35,008 nt of DNA, taken from contig JAUIHC010000001.1 in the NCBI GenBank assembly GCA_030432455.1, forward strand, positions 1 to 35,008, given 5' to 3'. The DNA comes from Phycisphaerae bacterium. Lineage in GTDB: Bacteria > Planctomycetota > Phycisphaerae > Phycisphaerales > SM1A02. Shown here piece after piece: positions 23,333-31,648 of this stretch. The notes under the pieces were generated by a model, which was not told the origin of the DNA, searched no databases, and saw only the letters and a list, made by a program, of their open reading frames with translations. Each line of letters begins with the position of its first letter. The first letter of the stretch is position 1. The position numbers and the translations under genes are program-made.

Positions 23333-25572
23333 CGGCACTCCCGCGCCAACATGACAGCGACCCGGCCGCCTGGGTCCCGATCGCGCACGCCGCGCATGTC
23401 ATGGGCGTCGGTACCGCCCGGCTCCGTCAGCGCTGCCGCAATGAACTCGCCGGCAAGGGGCTCGCCCGCAAGTGCCGCGTGTCGAGCGGTCAGGAGTCCT
23501 GGCACGTTCACCCCTCGATCGATCGTCGGCTCGGATCAGGAACCCCGGACACAACACCCGCGGAACTGCTCGCGTCGATCCCCAAGTCGCAACGCGATGC
23601 GGCGGAGTGTCGGGCGCTGATGCTCCGCGACTTCCGGCGCTGGCGCGATCTTCGTTCGACGAACGTCCGCCGTGACTTCGATGCCTTCCGTGCGTCGATG
23701 TCCCAACGGTACGAGTCGCCGGTGCCCGCGCTCTCACGCTTCTACTCGTGGAACGAGATCGCGCCGTCGAGCGATGACTTCCCCGGATGCGTGCTCGCGC
23801 TGGTCGACACCCGCGGCGGTGCACAGTCCGGTCAGGTCGGCGGTGTATCAGCTCCGGCGTGGCAGCGCTTCGAGGCGCTGTATCTGACGCCTCAGCGATG
23901 GTCGATCGCCAAGTGCCACCGAACGCTCAAGGTCGAGGCGAAGCATCACGGCTGGAATTGGCCGGGGTCTGCACGCCAGGTCCAGAACCTTGTGCGCGAA
24001 CGCATCACGCCACAACGCGCGGTTATGGCCCGTGACGGCGTCGACGCATGGCGCCACAAGTTCCTGACTCCGCTCGAGCAGGATCCCGACGCATGGCTCG
24101 CCGGGCAGTGTTGGGAGGGCGACCACTCACGGCTCGACCTCTTCGTCCGTGTCTTCCGCGGGGGCAAGTGGGTCTCCGACCGTCCGTGGCTCACTGCGTG
24201 GAAGGACCGTCGGTCGCGCCGAGTGATGGGATGGGTCGTTGGCATGAATCCCAACTCCGACGCGATCCGCGGCGCCCTCATGCGGGCGCTTCGTGATGAG
24301 ACGGCCTCCGTGCCGGAGTACGTCTGGATCGATAACGGCAAGGACTTCGCGGCGGCGGAGTTCGGCGGCAAGACCAAGAAGCAACGCCGGCGTGCCCGCC
24401 GCGAAGACCGGGAGATGAACACTGTCGCGTGGGCCGGCCTCTTCGGCATGCTCGGCGTCGACGTCCACTTCGCCGAGGCGTACAACCACAACGGCAAAGC
24501 GAGGATCGAGCGGTCGTTCGGCACGCTCCACATGGACCATGACCGGGAGTATCCGAGTTGGTGCGGCTCGAAGCCCGGCGATCGCGACCGTGAGTCACTC
24601 GACGCCGTCCTCGCCGACGTGATGTCCCTCCCAACCGTCGATGACGTGCGCGAGTCGATCGACCGTTGGATCGAGTACTACAACCATCGCGCCGATCACA
24701 GCATCGACGCCCTCGCCGATCCGGAGACGGGCCGGAAGGTCTCGCCCGTCGAGTTCTACGCGGCGCAGATCCCCGCGAAGCGAACGCTTCCGGATCGTGG
24801 CGCTCTGGCGCTCCTCGAGCAGCGCTGGTCGCGGCCGCTCAAGGTGACGAAGCACGGCGTCTCGCTACGCATCGGCGGGCAGACCGTGAGCTTTGGTGAC
24901 GTTGCGAGCGAACTCGATCGACTTCGCGGCTCCGATGACACCGTGCTGGTCACCTACGACCCGGACGACACGACGCGCGTCCGTGTGTACGACATGGCGG
25001 GCGTGTTCCTGTGTGTCGCCGAGCAGAACATGAGACATGGCGGGCCAACGTATGACCCGGTCTCGGTCGAGGCCCGAAAGCGTGCCCTCGCCCGCCGGCG
25101 TGCGGCGCAGCGTGAGGTCAAGAAGTCGATCGACGTCGCCGCGCTGACCGATACCCCGGCGTCGCTGGCCGCTGATGAGCAGCGCCGGATCGAGATCGAA
25201 GAGACTCAGGCTCGGCTCTCTGAGATGGGCGCCGACGCACCGCCGCCGATCCGCTTGGTGCGGACAGCCGTCGACGGTCAATCGGACAAGGTCGACCAGG
25301 CCGAACGCATGGCGATGGCCGCGGGCGCCGAGCACTACGACGACGGGGAGGAATCAGTCATCGACGCGTTGGTCGAGGACTTCCGGCGCGAGGAGGAGCG
25401 CAACCGCGCGGCCCGCGACATGGCCGAGCCGGAGTGCATCACGTTCGCGATCGACGACGACGACGACCAGGACGACGACGAGGAGATCGACGTCGACGGG
25501 ATCACCACGCTCCTGATCGGGGCGGACGACGAATGCCAAGAGGACGGGGCAGCGTACCCGTGGGACGAATGA
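23329..25572 (+). CDS. MuA-like DDE transposase (rve integrase core)
   Basis: The DDE triad contexts are WEGDHSRLD, YVWIDNGKDF and HNGKARIERSFGTL. The protein has an N-terminal HTH-like region and an acidic C-terminal tail (DDDDDQDDDEEIDVDG). The exact start is uncertain: GTG at 23329, or the downstream Met of 'MGVGTARL'. Confidence 0.85.
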   Translation: MTALPRQHDSDPAAWVPIAHAAHVMGVGTARLRQRCRNELAGKGLARKCRVSSGQESWHVHPSIDRRLGSGTPDTTPAELLASIPKSQRDAAECRALMLRDFRRWRDLRSTNVRRDFDAFRASMSQRYESPVPALSRFYSWNEIAPSSDDFPGCVLALVDTRGGAQSGQVGGVSAPAWQRFEALYLTPQRWSIAKCHRTLKVEAKHHGWNWPGSARQVQNLVRERITPQRAVMARDGVDAWRHKFLTPLEQDPDAWLAGQCWEGDHSRLDLFVRVFRGGKWVSDRPWLTAWKDRRSRRVMGWVVGMNPNSDAIRGALMRALRDETASVPEYVWIDNGKDFAAAEFGGKTKKQRRRARREDREMNTVAWAGLFGMLGVDVHFAEAYNHNGKARIERSFGTLHMDHDREYPSWCGSKPGDRDRESLDAVLADVMSLPTVDDVRESIDRWIEYYNHRADHSIDALADPETGRKVSPVEFYAAQIPAKRTLPDRGALALLEQRWSRPLKVTKHGVSLRIGGQTVSFGDVASELDRLRGSDDTVLVTYDPDDTTRVRVYDMAGVFLCVAEQNMRHGGPTYDPVSVEARKRALARRRAAQREVKKSIDVAALTDTPASLAADEQRRIEIEETQARLSEMGADAPPPIRLVRTAVDGQSDKVDQAERMAMAAGAEHYDDGEESVIDALVEDFRREEERNRAARDMAEPECITFAIDDDDDQDDDEEIDVDGITTLLIGADDECQEDGAAYPWDE

Positions 25573-26675
25573 CCAAGCATCACGACAACCCACCATCGAG
25601 TGAAGGATTGCTCGATCAGTTGGCGCAGGAGGCGCGTGTGATCAATACAGCTGCGGCGGTGCTCCCCGAAGAGGGCGAACTGAACGGTGACCAGGTCCGG
25701 GAGGTCGCGGAGCGACTCGATGCGTACCTGAGTGCCAAGCGCTTGACGCCGTTCGTCGTCGGGCGGCAGACCGGGCGTGCCGTTTCCTCGATCGAGTCGT
25801 TCCTGAAGGGCGCCTACGGCGGCAATGTGAGCAAGCTCGCACGGCTGATCAACCGCTGGCTCGATCAGCACCAGGGCGGCGAGGAGAAGTTCAGCCACAC
25901 CTACACCTCGACCAAGGTCACCGATCGCATGCTCACGCTCATGAAGCTGGCGCAGCGCGAGCGGCAGATCGGTGTCATCACCGGTCCCTCCGGCATCGGC
26001 AAGTCGATGGTCTGCCAGGCGGCTGCTTCCGGTGAGATACCCGGCGCGACGCATGTGCATTGTCTGCAGGGCTCATCGACGGCGTTCCAGTTCGCGCAGC
26101 TGTGGGCCGCCGAGTTGCAGTTGAAGGCCCGCGGCGGACTCTTCCAGGTCCAGAGAGCCATCATCGAGCAGCTGCGAGGATCGGACCGGCTACAGATCAT
26201 CGACGAGGCGCAGTACCTCCACACGAAGGCCGCGAACGTCATCCGCGACGTGTGCAAGGTTGCCGGCGTCGGGGTGGCCCTGGTCGGGACCGTGGACATC
26301 GAACGGAACATCAACGACCGCACGCAGTTCTACGGCCAGTTCGAGCGGCTCATCGTCGCCCGCTACAACATCGTCGAGGAGCACGTGCAGAATGGCGGCC
26401 GCCCCCTCTACACCGTCGAGGAGATCGTCCGCTTCGCCGCGAGTCGCAAGCTCAAGCTCAGCGGCGATGCCGCCGAGTTCGCGACGCGCCTCGCATGTGT
26501 GCCCGGGTACGGCGGGCTTGGTCGCTTGGGCAACATCCTCTTCGTCGCCAGCAAGGTGGCGAAGACGGGCACCATCACCCTGAAGAACCTCAAAGCGGCG
26601 GTCAAGCACGGCCTTGGCGCTCAGCACGCCGAGCGCTGGAGCATCGAGGCCAGCCGTCTGAAGGCCACCGCGTAG
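25569..26675 (+). CDS. MuB-like AAA+ ATPase (transposition target-DNA activator)
   Basis: The ATG at 25569 forms an ATGA overlap with the transposase stop. It has Walker A GPSGIGKS, Walker B LQIIDEAQ and an N-terminal HTH-like region. Confidence 0.8.
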   Translation: MTKHHDNPPSSEGLLDQLAQEARVINTAAAVLPEEGELNGDQVREVAERLDAYLSAKRLTPFVVGRQTGRAVSSIESFLKGAYGGNVSKLARLINRWLDQHQGGEEKFSHTYTSTKVTDRMLTLMKLAQRERQIGVITGPSGIGKSMVCQAAASGEIPGATHVHCLQGSSTAFQFAQLWAAELQLKARGGLFQVQRAIIEQLRGSDRLQIIDEAQYLHTKAANVIRDVCKVAGVGVALVGTVDIERNINDRTQFYGQFERLIVARYNIVEEHVQNGGRPLYTVEEIVRFAASRKLKLSGDAAEFATRLACVPGYGGLGRLGNILFVASKVAKTGTITLKNLKAAVKHGLGAQHAERWSIEASRLKATA

Positions 26676-26684
26676 GAGAAAGCC

Positions 26685-27248
26685 ATGCCCTGGTCGAAGT
26701 CACAGAACATCATGCTTCAGAAGGCCGCGAAGGCCGCCGGCTGGAACAGCGAGCAGCGCTACATGGCGATGCGCTATGTCGGCTGCCGCGACGCCAAGGG
26801 CAAGGGGCGGCCGAGCGCAACCGGACCGTCGAACACTCAGGATCAGTTCGAACTCATCATGGCGCTGGCGTACCAGCACGCGTCCATGAACAAGGCCGGC
26901 CACGCTGTCCCCGCGCCGCGGAGCGGTACCTGGAGCGACGCGGCCGAAGCCATCGGCGCCCGCGTGCGCCGCAAGATCGAGGACGTGTGGATGGAGGCGT
27001 CGCAGCGCATCTCAGACGTGTTCCATCCGCGCGGCCTCGACGGCTTTGTGATCCGCCAGACGAAGAACGACCCCGCCGAGTTCTCGTTCGATGACTCGCC
27101 GCGATCGCTGGAGGAGTGCGACACCGCGCAGCTCTATCGGATCCTCGAGGGGCTCAAGGGATGGATCGGCCGCGAGATGCTCAGGCGCGGGCTGACGCCC
27201 TCGACGTTCGAGATCCCGGCACACGCCCGGCGTCAGGTCGGTGCATGA
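26685..27248 (+). CDS. GemA / Mu gp16-like protein (DUF1018-like)
   Basis: 187 aa with a TAGGAGAAAGCC SD. It sits after the B-like gene. The N-terminal pattern LQKAAKAAGWNSEQRYMAMRYVG...SNTQDQFELIMALA resembles the DUF1018 signature as I recall it. Confidence 0.45.
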   Translation: MPWSKSQNIMLQKAAKAAGWNSEQRYMAMRYVGCRDAKGKGRPSATGPSNTQDQFELIMALAYQHASMNKAGHAVPAPRSGTWSDAAEAIGARVRRKIEDVWMEASQRISDVFHPRGLDGFVIRQTKNDPAEFSFDDSPRSLEECDTAQLYRILEGLKGWIGREMLRRGLTPSTFEIPAHARRQVGA

Positions 27249-27484
27249 CACATGCGACCAGGTCGGACACGACCTGCGTCGCCCTTCTGATTGGGGGCCT
27301 CAGTCGTTGGTACCCGCTCGTGGTGAGCGGGGCGGCCTGGGGAGACAACCCTCTGACCTCGTATCTGAGCGGAGACACTCAATGCTGCTCCATCGTCCAA
27401 AGACTTCGCGGGACGTTCCCGCGGCCGGCCAGCCATCACGAGGCCCCCATTCCAGATCACACGCCGATGCGCCGACGCGGCTGA
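27245..27484 (+). CDS. hypothetical small protein (79 aa)
   Basis: The call rests on an ATGA overlap with the GemA-like stop and on third-position bases that are mostly G/C. There are no motifs, so this is a weak call. Confidence 0.3.
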   Translation: MTHATRSDTTCVALLIGGLSRWYPLVVSGAAWGDNPLTSYLSGDTQCCSIVQRLRGTFPRPASHHEAPIPDHTPMRRRG

Positions 27485-27626
27485 CCGCGCGGCTCGTCCG
27501 ATCGACCTCAAACATGAAAGGTGTTGTGGTGCAACACACCAGGGCCGCGTTCACTCGGCGCGTTGCCAGACGACACCGCCCGGCGCATCGGCGACTCGAC
27601 CTCACCCCTCGTGGAGCGCTCCGCCC

Positions 27627-27806
27627 ATGACCAAGCCCCTCATCGAAATCACGCTCAACGGGCACGCCATCGTCGGCCTCGGCCTTCCGGTGCTCACGGC
27701 CGCCCTGGTCCTCCTGCTGGTGTACGGCGTGCGGCGCATCAACCGGCCGCGCATCGGACGCGGCGTACCGCGCCATTTCATCAAGACGAGGGGAGGCCGG
27801 GCATGA
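27627..27806 (+). CDS. small single-pass membrane protein (59 aa; below the ORF-track cutoff)
   Basis: I read this directly from the sequence: MTKPLIEITLNGHAIVGLGLPVLTAALVLLLVYGVRRINRPRIGRGVPRHFIKTRGGRA. Its stop overlaps the next ATG (ATGA). Confidence 0.45.
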   Translation: MTKPLIEITLNGHAIVGLGLPVLTAALVLLLVYGVRRINRPRIGRGVPRHFIKTRGGRA

Positions 27807-28066
27807 GCGACGTCATCCAGATCGACCAGGTCATCGAGCGGTTCCTCAAGTGGCATCCGCGCTACGCCCCGGGCTGGAAGCTGAAGGAGGAATTGGCAGA
27901 GTTCCACTTCCATCGGCTCCCGCTCGACCTGGGCGCGATGCTCGTCGGCAGGCGTGGTGACCTCGAGCACGACATCTTCGGCATCCATCGCGATGCCCGC
28001 GAGCTTCGGTCGCAGTTCGTTCCAAAGTTCAGACTGACAACGGAGGCCGCTTCGACCGCCGAGTGA
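27803..28066 (+). CDS. hypothetical small protein (87 aa)
   Basis: The ATG at 27803 is preceded by GAGGGGAGG. It contains ...RRGDLEHDIFGIHRDARELRSQFVPKF..., a motif I associate with a conserved phage family of unknown function. Confidence 0.5.
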   Translation: MSDVIQIDQVIERFLKWHPRYAPGWKLKEELAEFHFHRLPLDLGAMLVGRRGDLEHDIFGIHRDARELRSQFVPKFRLTTEAASTAE

Positions 28067-28244
28067 ATCGGCTCCCGGTCGCATGGATGCGAACCGATGA
28101 CGCAGGACGCACAACATCCCGACTTCGGGTCACACAGAAAGGTGGGCGCCGGGGCTGATCCCCCCGACGCCCGGACCGAGACCCACGTGCACGTTTCAGC
28201 CAAGCGTGGACCCCGGCAACCTCATCTTACAAGGAGAGGAACCA

Positions 28245-28430
28245 ATGGGTTCAGCAAGCTGCCCGCCGGAAAGGCGCGGGCGGGGTACTCCCCGTCCGCC
28301 CCGACCGGACGGGAATCGATATCGGGAGCAGTACGGCGTCATTGTCATCTGTTCGAACGAAGATCATCAGCGCGACGTCTACGAGCGGCTGCGCAACGAG
28401 GGGCACAAGGTCCGGGTGGTGACGACATGA
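28245..28430 (+). CDS. small protein (61 aa): basic Pro/Arg-rich N-terminus plus a beta-alpha-beta-like C-terminus
   Basis: The internal ATG at 28245 is preceded by a strong AAGGAGAGG SD. It is coupled to the ABC-GNAT gene by an ATGA overlap. The C-terminus is YGVIVICSNEDHQRDVYERLRNEGHKVRVVTT. Confidence 0.55.
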   Translation: MGSASCPPERRGRGTPRPPRPDGNRYREQYGVIVICSNEDHQRDVYERLRNEGHKVRVVTT

Positions 28431-29566
28431 GAGTCACCATCGAGCACAGGTGCCCGGACTTCACCAGCTACCGCGCTGCACGCGTCAAGAGCCTGTTCAA
28501 CGTTGACCGCGGGTGCGAGTTCGACCTGGACGTTGAACTGCCCATCGAAGACTTCGCCTGGAAGATCGGCGTCGTCGTCGGGCCGAGTGGGAGTGGCAAG
28601 ACCAGCATCGGGCAGCGCGTCCTCGGACGCCGCGCGTTCTACCGTTCCGGGCGCTGGCCGAAGTCCGAGCCGATCATCGATGCGATCCATCCCGACGGGT
28701 CGTTCGACGATGTCACCGCGGCACTGTCCGCCGTCGGGCTTGGCTCAGTTCCCACCTGGTTGCGCCCCTACCCGGTGCTGTCCAACGGGGAGCGCTTCAG
28801 AGCAGACCTCGCGCGGATCATCTGCGAGCGGCCGGGACGCGTCGTCATCGACGAGTTCACGAGCGTTGTCGATCGACAGATCGCACGCATCGGCGCGGGC
28901 GCATTCGCCAAGGCGTGGCGCCGTGGTGATGGGCGCTGCGTCCTGCTGAGTTGCCACCGCGACATCCTGTCATGGGTGCGGCCGGACTGGGTCTATGACA
29001 CCGGTACCGGCCGGTTCCAAAGGGGGTGGGTTCGGCGCCGTCCACGCATCCACCTCGACATTCACGAGACAGATTGGAGCTTCTGGCCGATGTTCGAGCC
29101 GCATCACTATCTGAAGCTCCCGCGCATGATCGGTGCGCACTGCTACGTCGGCTCCGTCCAGGGCGAGCCCGTGGCGCACGTTGCCGTCGGCTCGGCTCAT
29201 TGCGGGCACGGGATCGTGGAGGCCCGCGCGTGCCGCCTGGTCGTGATGCCGGAGTGGCAGGGCGCCGGTGTTGGAACGCGCTTCCTCAACGAGGTCTGCC
29301 GCCTGCAGCTCGCCGGCCGCGGCCGGCTCCGTGATCGCAAGGTCACGACGATGTTCCACACCTCGCATCCCGGCCTCGCCGCGGCGCTGAGGCGCGACCG
29401 TCGGTGGTCGCAGATCTCGTGCAAGCTCTACGGGGCGAGGAAAGCCGCGTCAGTCGCGTCCCTCCGGAAGTCGCGGGGTGACGGCCGGCGATCAGTCGGC
29501 ACAGGCTTCGGCGGCCACTTCCGGGCCGTCCAGGGCTTCCGCTACTACGGGGAGGCCGCGGCATGA
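28427..29566 (+). CDS. ABC-type ATPase fused to a GNAT-family acyltransferase domain
   Basis: The ATPase half has Walker A GPSGSGKT, an ABC-signature-like LSNGERFRADLA, Walker B/D-loop VVIDEFTSVVD and an H-loop LLSCHRD. The C-terminal half has the GNAT motif-A-like RLVVMPEWQGAGVGTRFLNEV, preceded by FEPHHYL. Confidence 0.7.
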   Translation: MRVTIEHRCPDFTSYRAARVKSLFNVDRGCEFDLDVELPIEDFAWKIGVVVGPSGSGKTSIGQRVLGRRAFYRSGRWPKSEPIIDAIHPDGSFDDVTAALSAVGLGSVPTWLRPYPVLSNGERFRADLARIICERPGRVVIDEFTSVVDRQIARIGAGAFAKAWRRGDGRCVLLSCHRDILSWVRPDWVYDTGTGRFQRGWVRRRPRIHLDIHETDWSFWPMFEPHHYLKLPRMIGAHCYVGSVQGEPVAHVAVGSAHCGHGIVEARACRLVVMPEWQGAGVGTRFLNEVCRLQLAGRGRLRDRKVTTMFHTSHPGLAAALRRDRRWSQISCKLYGARKAASVASLRKSRGDGRRSVGTGFGGHFRAVQGFRYYGEAAA

Positions 29567-30081
29567 GCGATCGGCTGTTCCACTGCTACACGAGCCTCAT
29601 GGACCGCTCTCGCTTCATCACGCGGTGTCGGGCGGTCGCTGTGCGGCACGGGTTCCGGGAGACCGGTGATCCCGCGCGCGCACACTTCGCGATCGCCCCG
29701 CTGCTGACCCGCAAGCTCTCGGATGACGAACTCGCGGCGTCGCGCCTCGGCGTCCTCATCTTCCATCCCTCCGCGCTCCCCTACCGCCGCGGCATGGACG
29801 CCATCAAGTGGGCGCTCGATGCCGGCGAGCCGGTGAGCGGCGTGACGTGGTTTTGGGGCGGCCGTGGACTCGACACGGGTCCGATCTGCGCCCAGGAGCC
29901 CGTCGTGCTCAAGGCCGGCGAGACGCCGCGCGAGGCGTACGAGCGTCGGTTCATCCCGGCGGGCCTCACCGCCCTCGACCAGGCCATCTCTGAGATCTCG
30001 CGCGGCCGAGTGCGCCGCGTTCACCAGGACGAGTCGCTGGCGACATACGACCAGCGCTTCCCCACTCGAAAGGAGTCGTGA
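29563..30081 (+). CDS. minimal formyltransferase-like protein (Fmt/PurN catalytic core)
   Basis: LGVLIFHPSALPYRRGMDAIKWAL..GEPVSGVTWF....GLDTGPI....Q.ESLATY lines up with the Fmt core (INVHxSLLPRWRGAAPIQ..., GVT, LDTG, Q.E...TY). The conserved His and Asp are present but the Asn is replaced by Phe. The protein is 172 aa, with no C-terminal tRNA-binding domain and a shortened N-terminal subdomain. Confidence 0.7.
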   Translation: MSDRLFHCYTSLMDRSRFITRCRAVAVRHGFRETGDPARAHFAIAPLLTRKLSDDELAASRLGVLIFHPSALPYRRGMDAIKWALDAGEPVSGVTWFWGGRGLDTGPICAQEPVVLKAGETPREAYERRFIPAGLTALDQAISEISRGRVRRVHQDESLATYDQRFPTRKES

Positions 30082-30084
30082 ACC

Positions 30085-30708
30085 ATGAACCTGTTCAGAC
30101 CTCTGGCCCACGGAGACGTACCCGAGAAGATCCCGCTGCTGCTGGCGCTGCTTCTGGCGGCGGTGTTGTTTGCCGGGTGCCAGGTGGCCCACACCGCCGC
30201 GTTCGATGAGGGCCGCTTCGACCTCGAGGGACCGTCGTCCATCAAGAACCAGGCGGACTACGCGACGCCGGACGGCCACGTGTCGAGGCTCAACACGGAC
30301 GGCTACCCGTACCACATCGACTACGGGGCCGATTACGGCCTTGTGCTCCAGGGCAACGGGCCGTCCCGCTTCGTGGGCGCGACGTTGCCGGGCGGGGTGA
30401 CCTTCACGATTGCCAGTGAGACCGACTACGGGTGGGACAGCGCTACCGGCGGGTTCGATCCCGAGAGCGGCAACTTCACGTTCCGCATCGACGGCTTCAA
30501 GTCCGACGCGTCTTCGGTCGCGCAACAGGTCGCGGCGGCGCTCGCGATCCGTGTGCCCGGCTGGCAGACGATGGCGGAGACGGAGCGTGACGCGCTCGTC
30601 AAGAGCACCGAGACGATCGTGGCCGGAGGGGTTGCGATCGCCGAAGCGGCGGGGAGCGTCGCCGAGACGTTCATGAGCGGCGGCGCGGCCGCCATTGTTC
30701 CGGACTGA
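30085..30708 (+). CDS. lipoprotein
   Basis: Signal peptide with a lipobox: ...LLLALLLAAVLFAG|CQVAH. 207 aa. Confidence 0.65.
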   Translation: MNLFRPLAHGDVPEKIPLLLALLLAAVLFAGCQVAHTAAFDEGRFDLEGPSSIKNQADYATPDGHVSRLNTDGYPYHIDYGADYGLVLQGNGPSRFVGATLPGGVTFTIASETDYGWDSATGGFDPESGNFTFRIDGFKSDASSVAQQVAAALAIRVPGWQTMAETERDALVKSTETIVAGGVAIAEAAGSVAETFMSGGAAAIVPD

Positions 30709-30826
30709 CCCCACCACGAACGATCCCACGCTCGCCTCCCGGGCGGCCCCGGATCGGACGCGCGGGTGATCCAACGGTCACCCTCGCAATTCAGCAACCA
30801 CGACCTCCTTCCCGGAGACAGCCGCA

Positions 30827-31648
30827 ATGCTCCACCTTGGCGAATCATCAATGACCCTCATCTGCCCGTTGGCCGCGCAGGGTCATCGGAGCGCGACGAA
30901 CGCCCTCGGATACAACGCCCTCGGACTTGCGGCGATGCAGTATGGGATGTCGGTGTTCGAGCAACTGGTGAAGGAGGCGGCCGACGCCGGCTTCAGGTGC
31001 CTCATGCTCCGATCACCGTGTGGCGTCACCGCATACGACGGCCGCCGCCCGAAGCGTCACCTCCTGGACATGGCCGGCGAGATCGTCGACCCGATGGGCT
31101 ACCCGGTCTTCGCCAGGTGGTCACCCGTCGCGATGGAGACGTTCCCCATTCTCCGCGAGATGGTCCACGGTGCCGGCCTCGTGCTCGGGCTGTGGGTCGG
31201 CCTGGCCACTGCACGCGACGACGGCAAAGACCGGTCCTGGATCAGCAAGCGGTCGATCGATGCGCACGTGGCCGACGTGCACGGCTACGCATGGATGGGG
31301 TACGACGTCATCGGCGGCGATGCCATCAACTGGGCCGTGGGCAAGGGCGGCAAGCCTCGATACCTGGTCGAGGAGTATCGGGACCGCTGCAGGCGCTCCA
31401 CCGCGTTGTTCCTGGGCGAGGGCCACGATGTCTTCGTCGCGGGCCTGGGCAACTCGGACAAGCCGACCCTCGAGGAGCGGATGCTCGAGGCGGACGACCC
31501 CGACCAGTCGATGTTCATCCTGCACGGCAACTACAGAGAGCTGGTCCGCGCTGACCTTCCGAAGCACTGGGCGCTCACGATCAACCACGCCGAACGAGTC
31601 GGGCTCCTCAGAGGCGGCGTCGTGCAAAGGACGGTGCCCCGTGTGTGA
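30827..31648 (+). CDS. hypothetical protein (possible TIM-barrel-like hydrolase; very tentative)
   Basis: 273 aa with GGAGA 8 nt upstream. It has alternating beta-strand-like hydrophobic blocks (FRCLMLRSPCG, GLVLGLWVG, GYDVIGGDA). I recognised no firm motif. Confidence 0.5.
   Translation: MLHLGESSMTLICPLAAQGHRSATNALGYNALGLAAMQYGMSVFEQLVKEAADAGFRCLMLRSPCGVTAYDGRRPKRHLLDMAGEIVDPMGYPVFARWSPVAMETFPILREMVHGAGLVLGLWVGLATARDDGKDRSWISKRSIDAHVADVHGYAWMGYDVIGGDAINWAVGKGGKPRYLVEEYRDRCRRSTALFLGEGHDVFVAGLGNSDKPTLEERMLEADDPDQSMFILHGNYRELVRADLPKHWALTINHAERVGLLRGGVVQRTVPRV

Noticed and set aside
28245-28430. Treating the 61-aa protein as a helicase remnant because YGVIVICSNEDHQRDVYERLRNEGHKVRVV resembles helicase motif IV.
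   Set aside because: It is a single beta-alpha-beta element with no other helicase motifs. It has its own strong SD and coupled stop, so it looks like an intact small gene rather than a pseudogene fragment.
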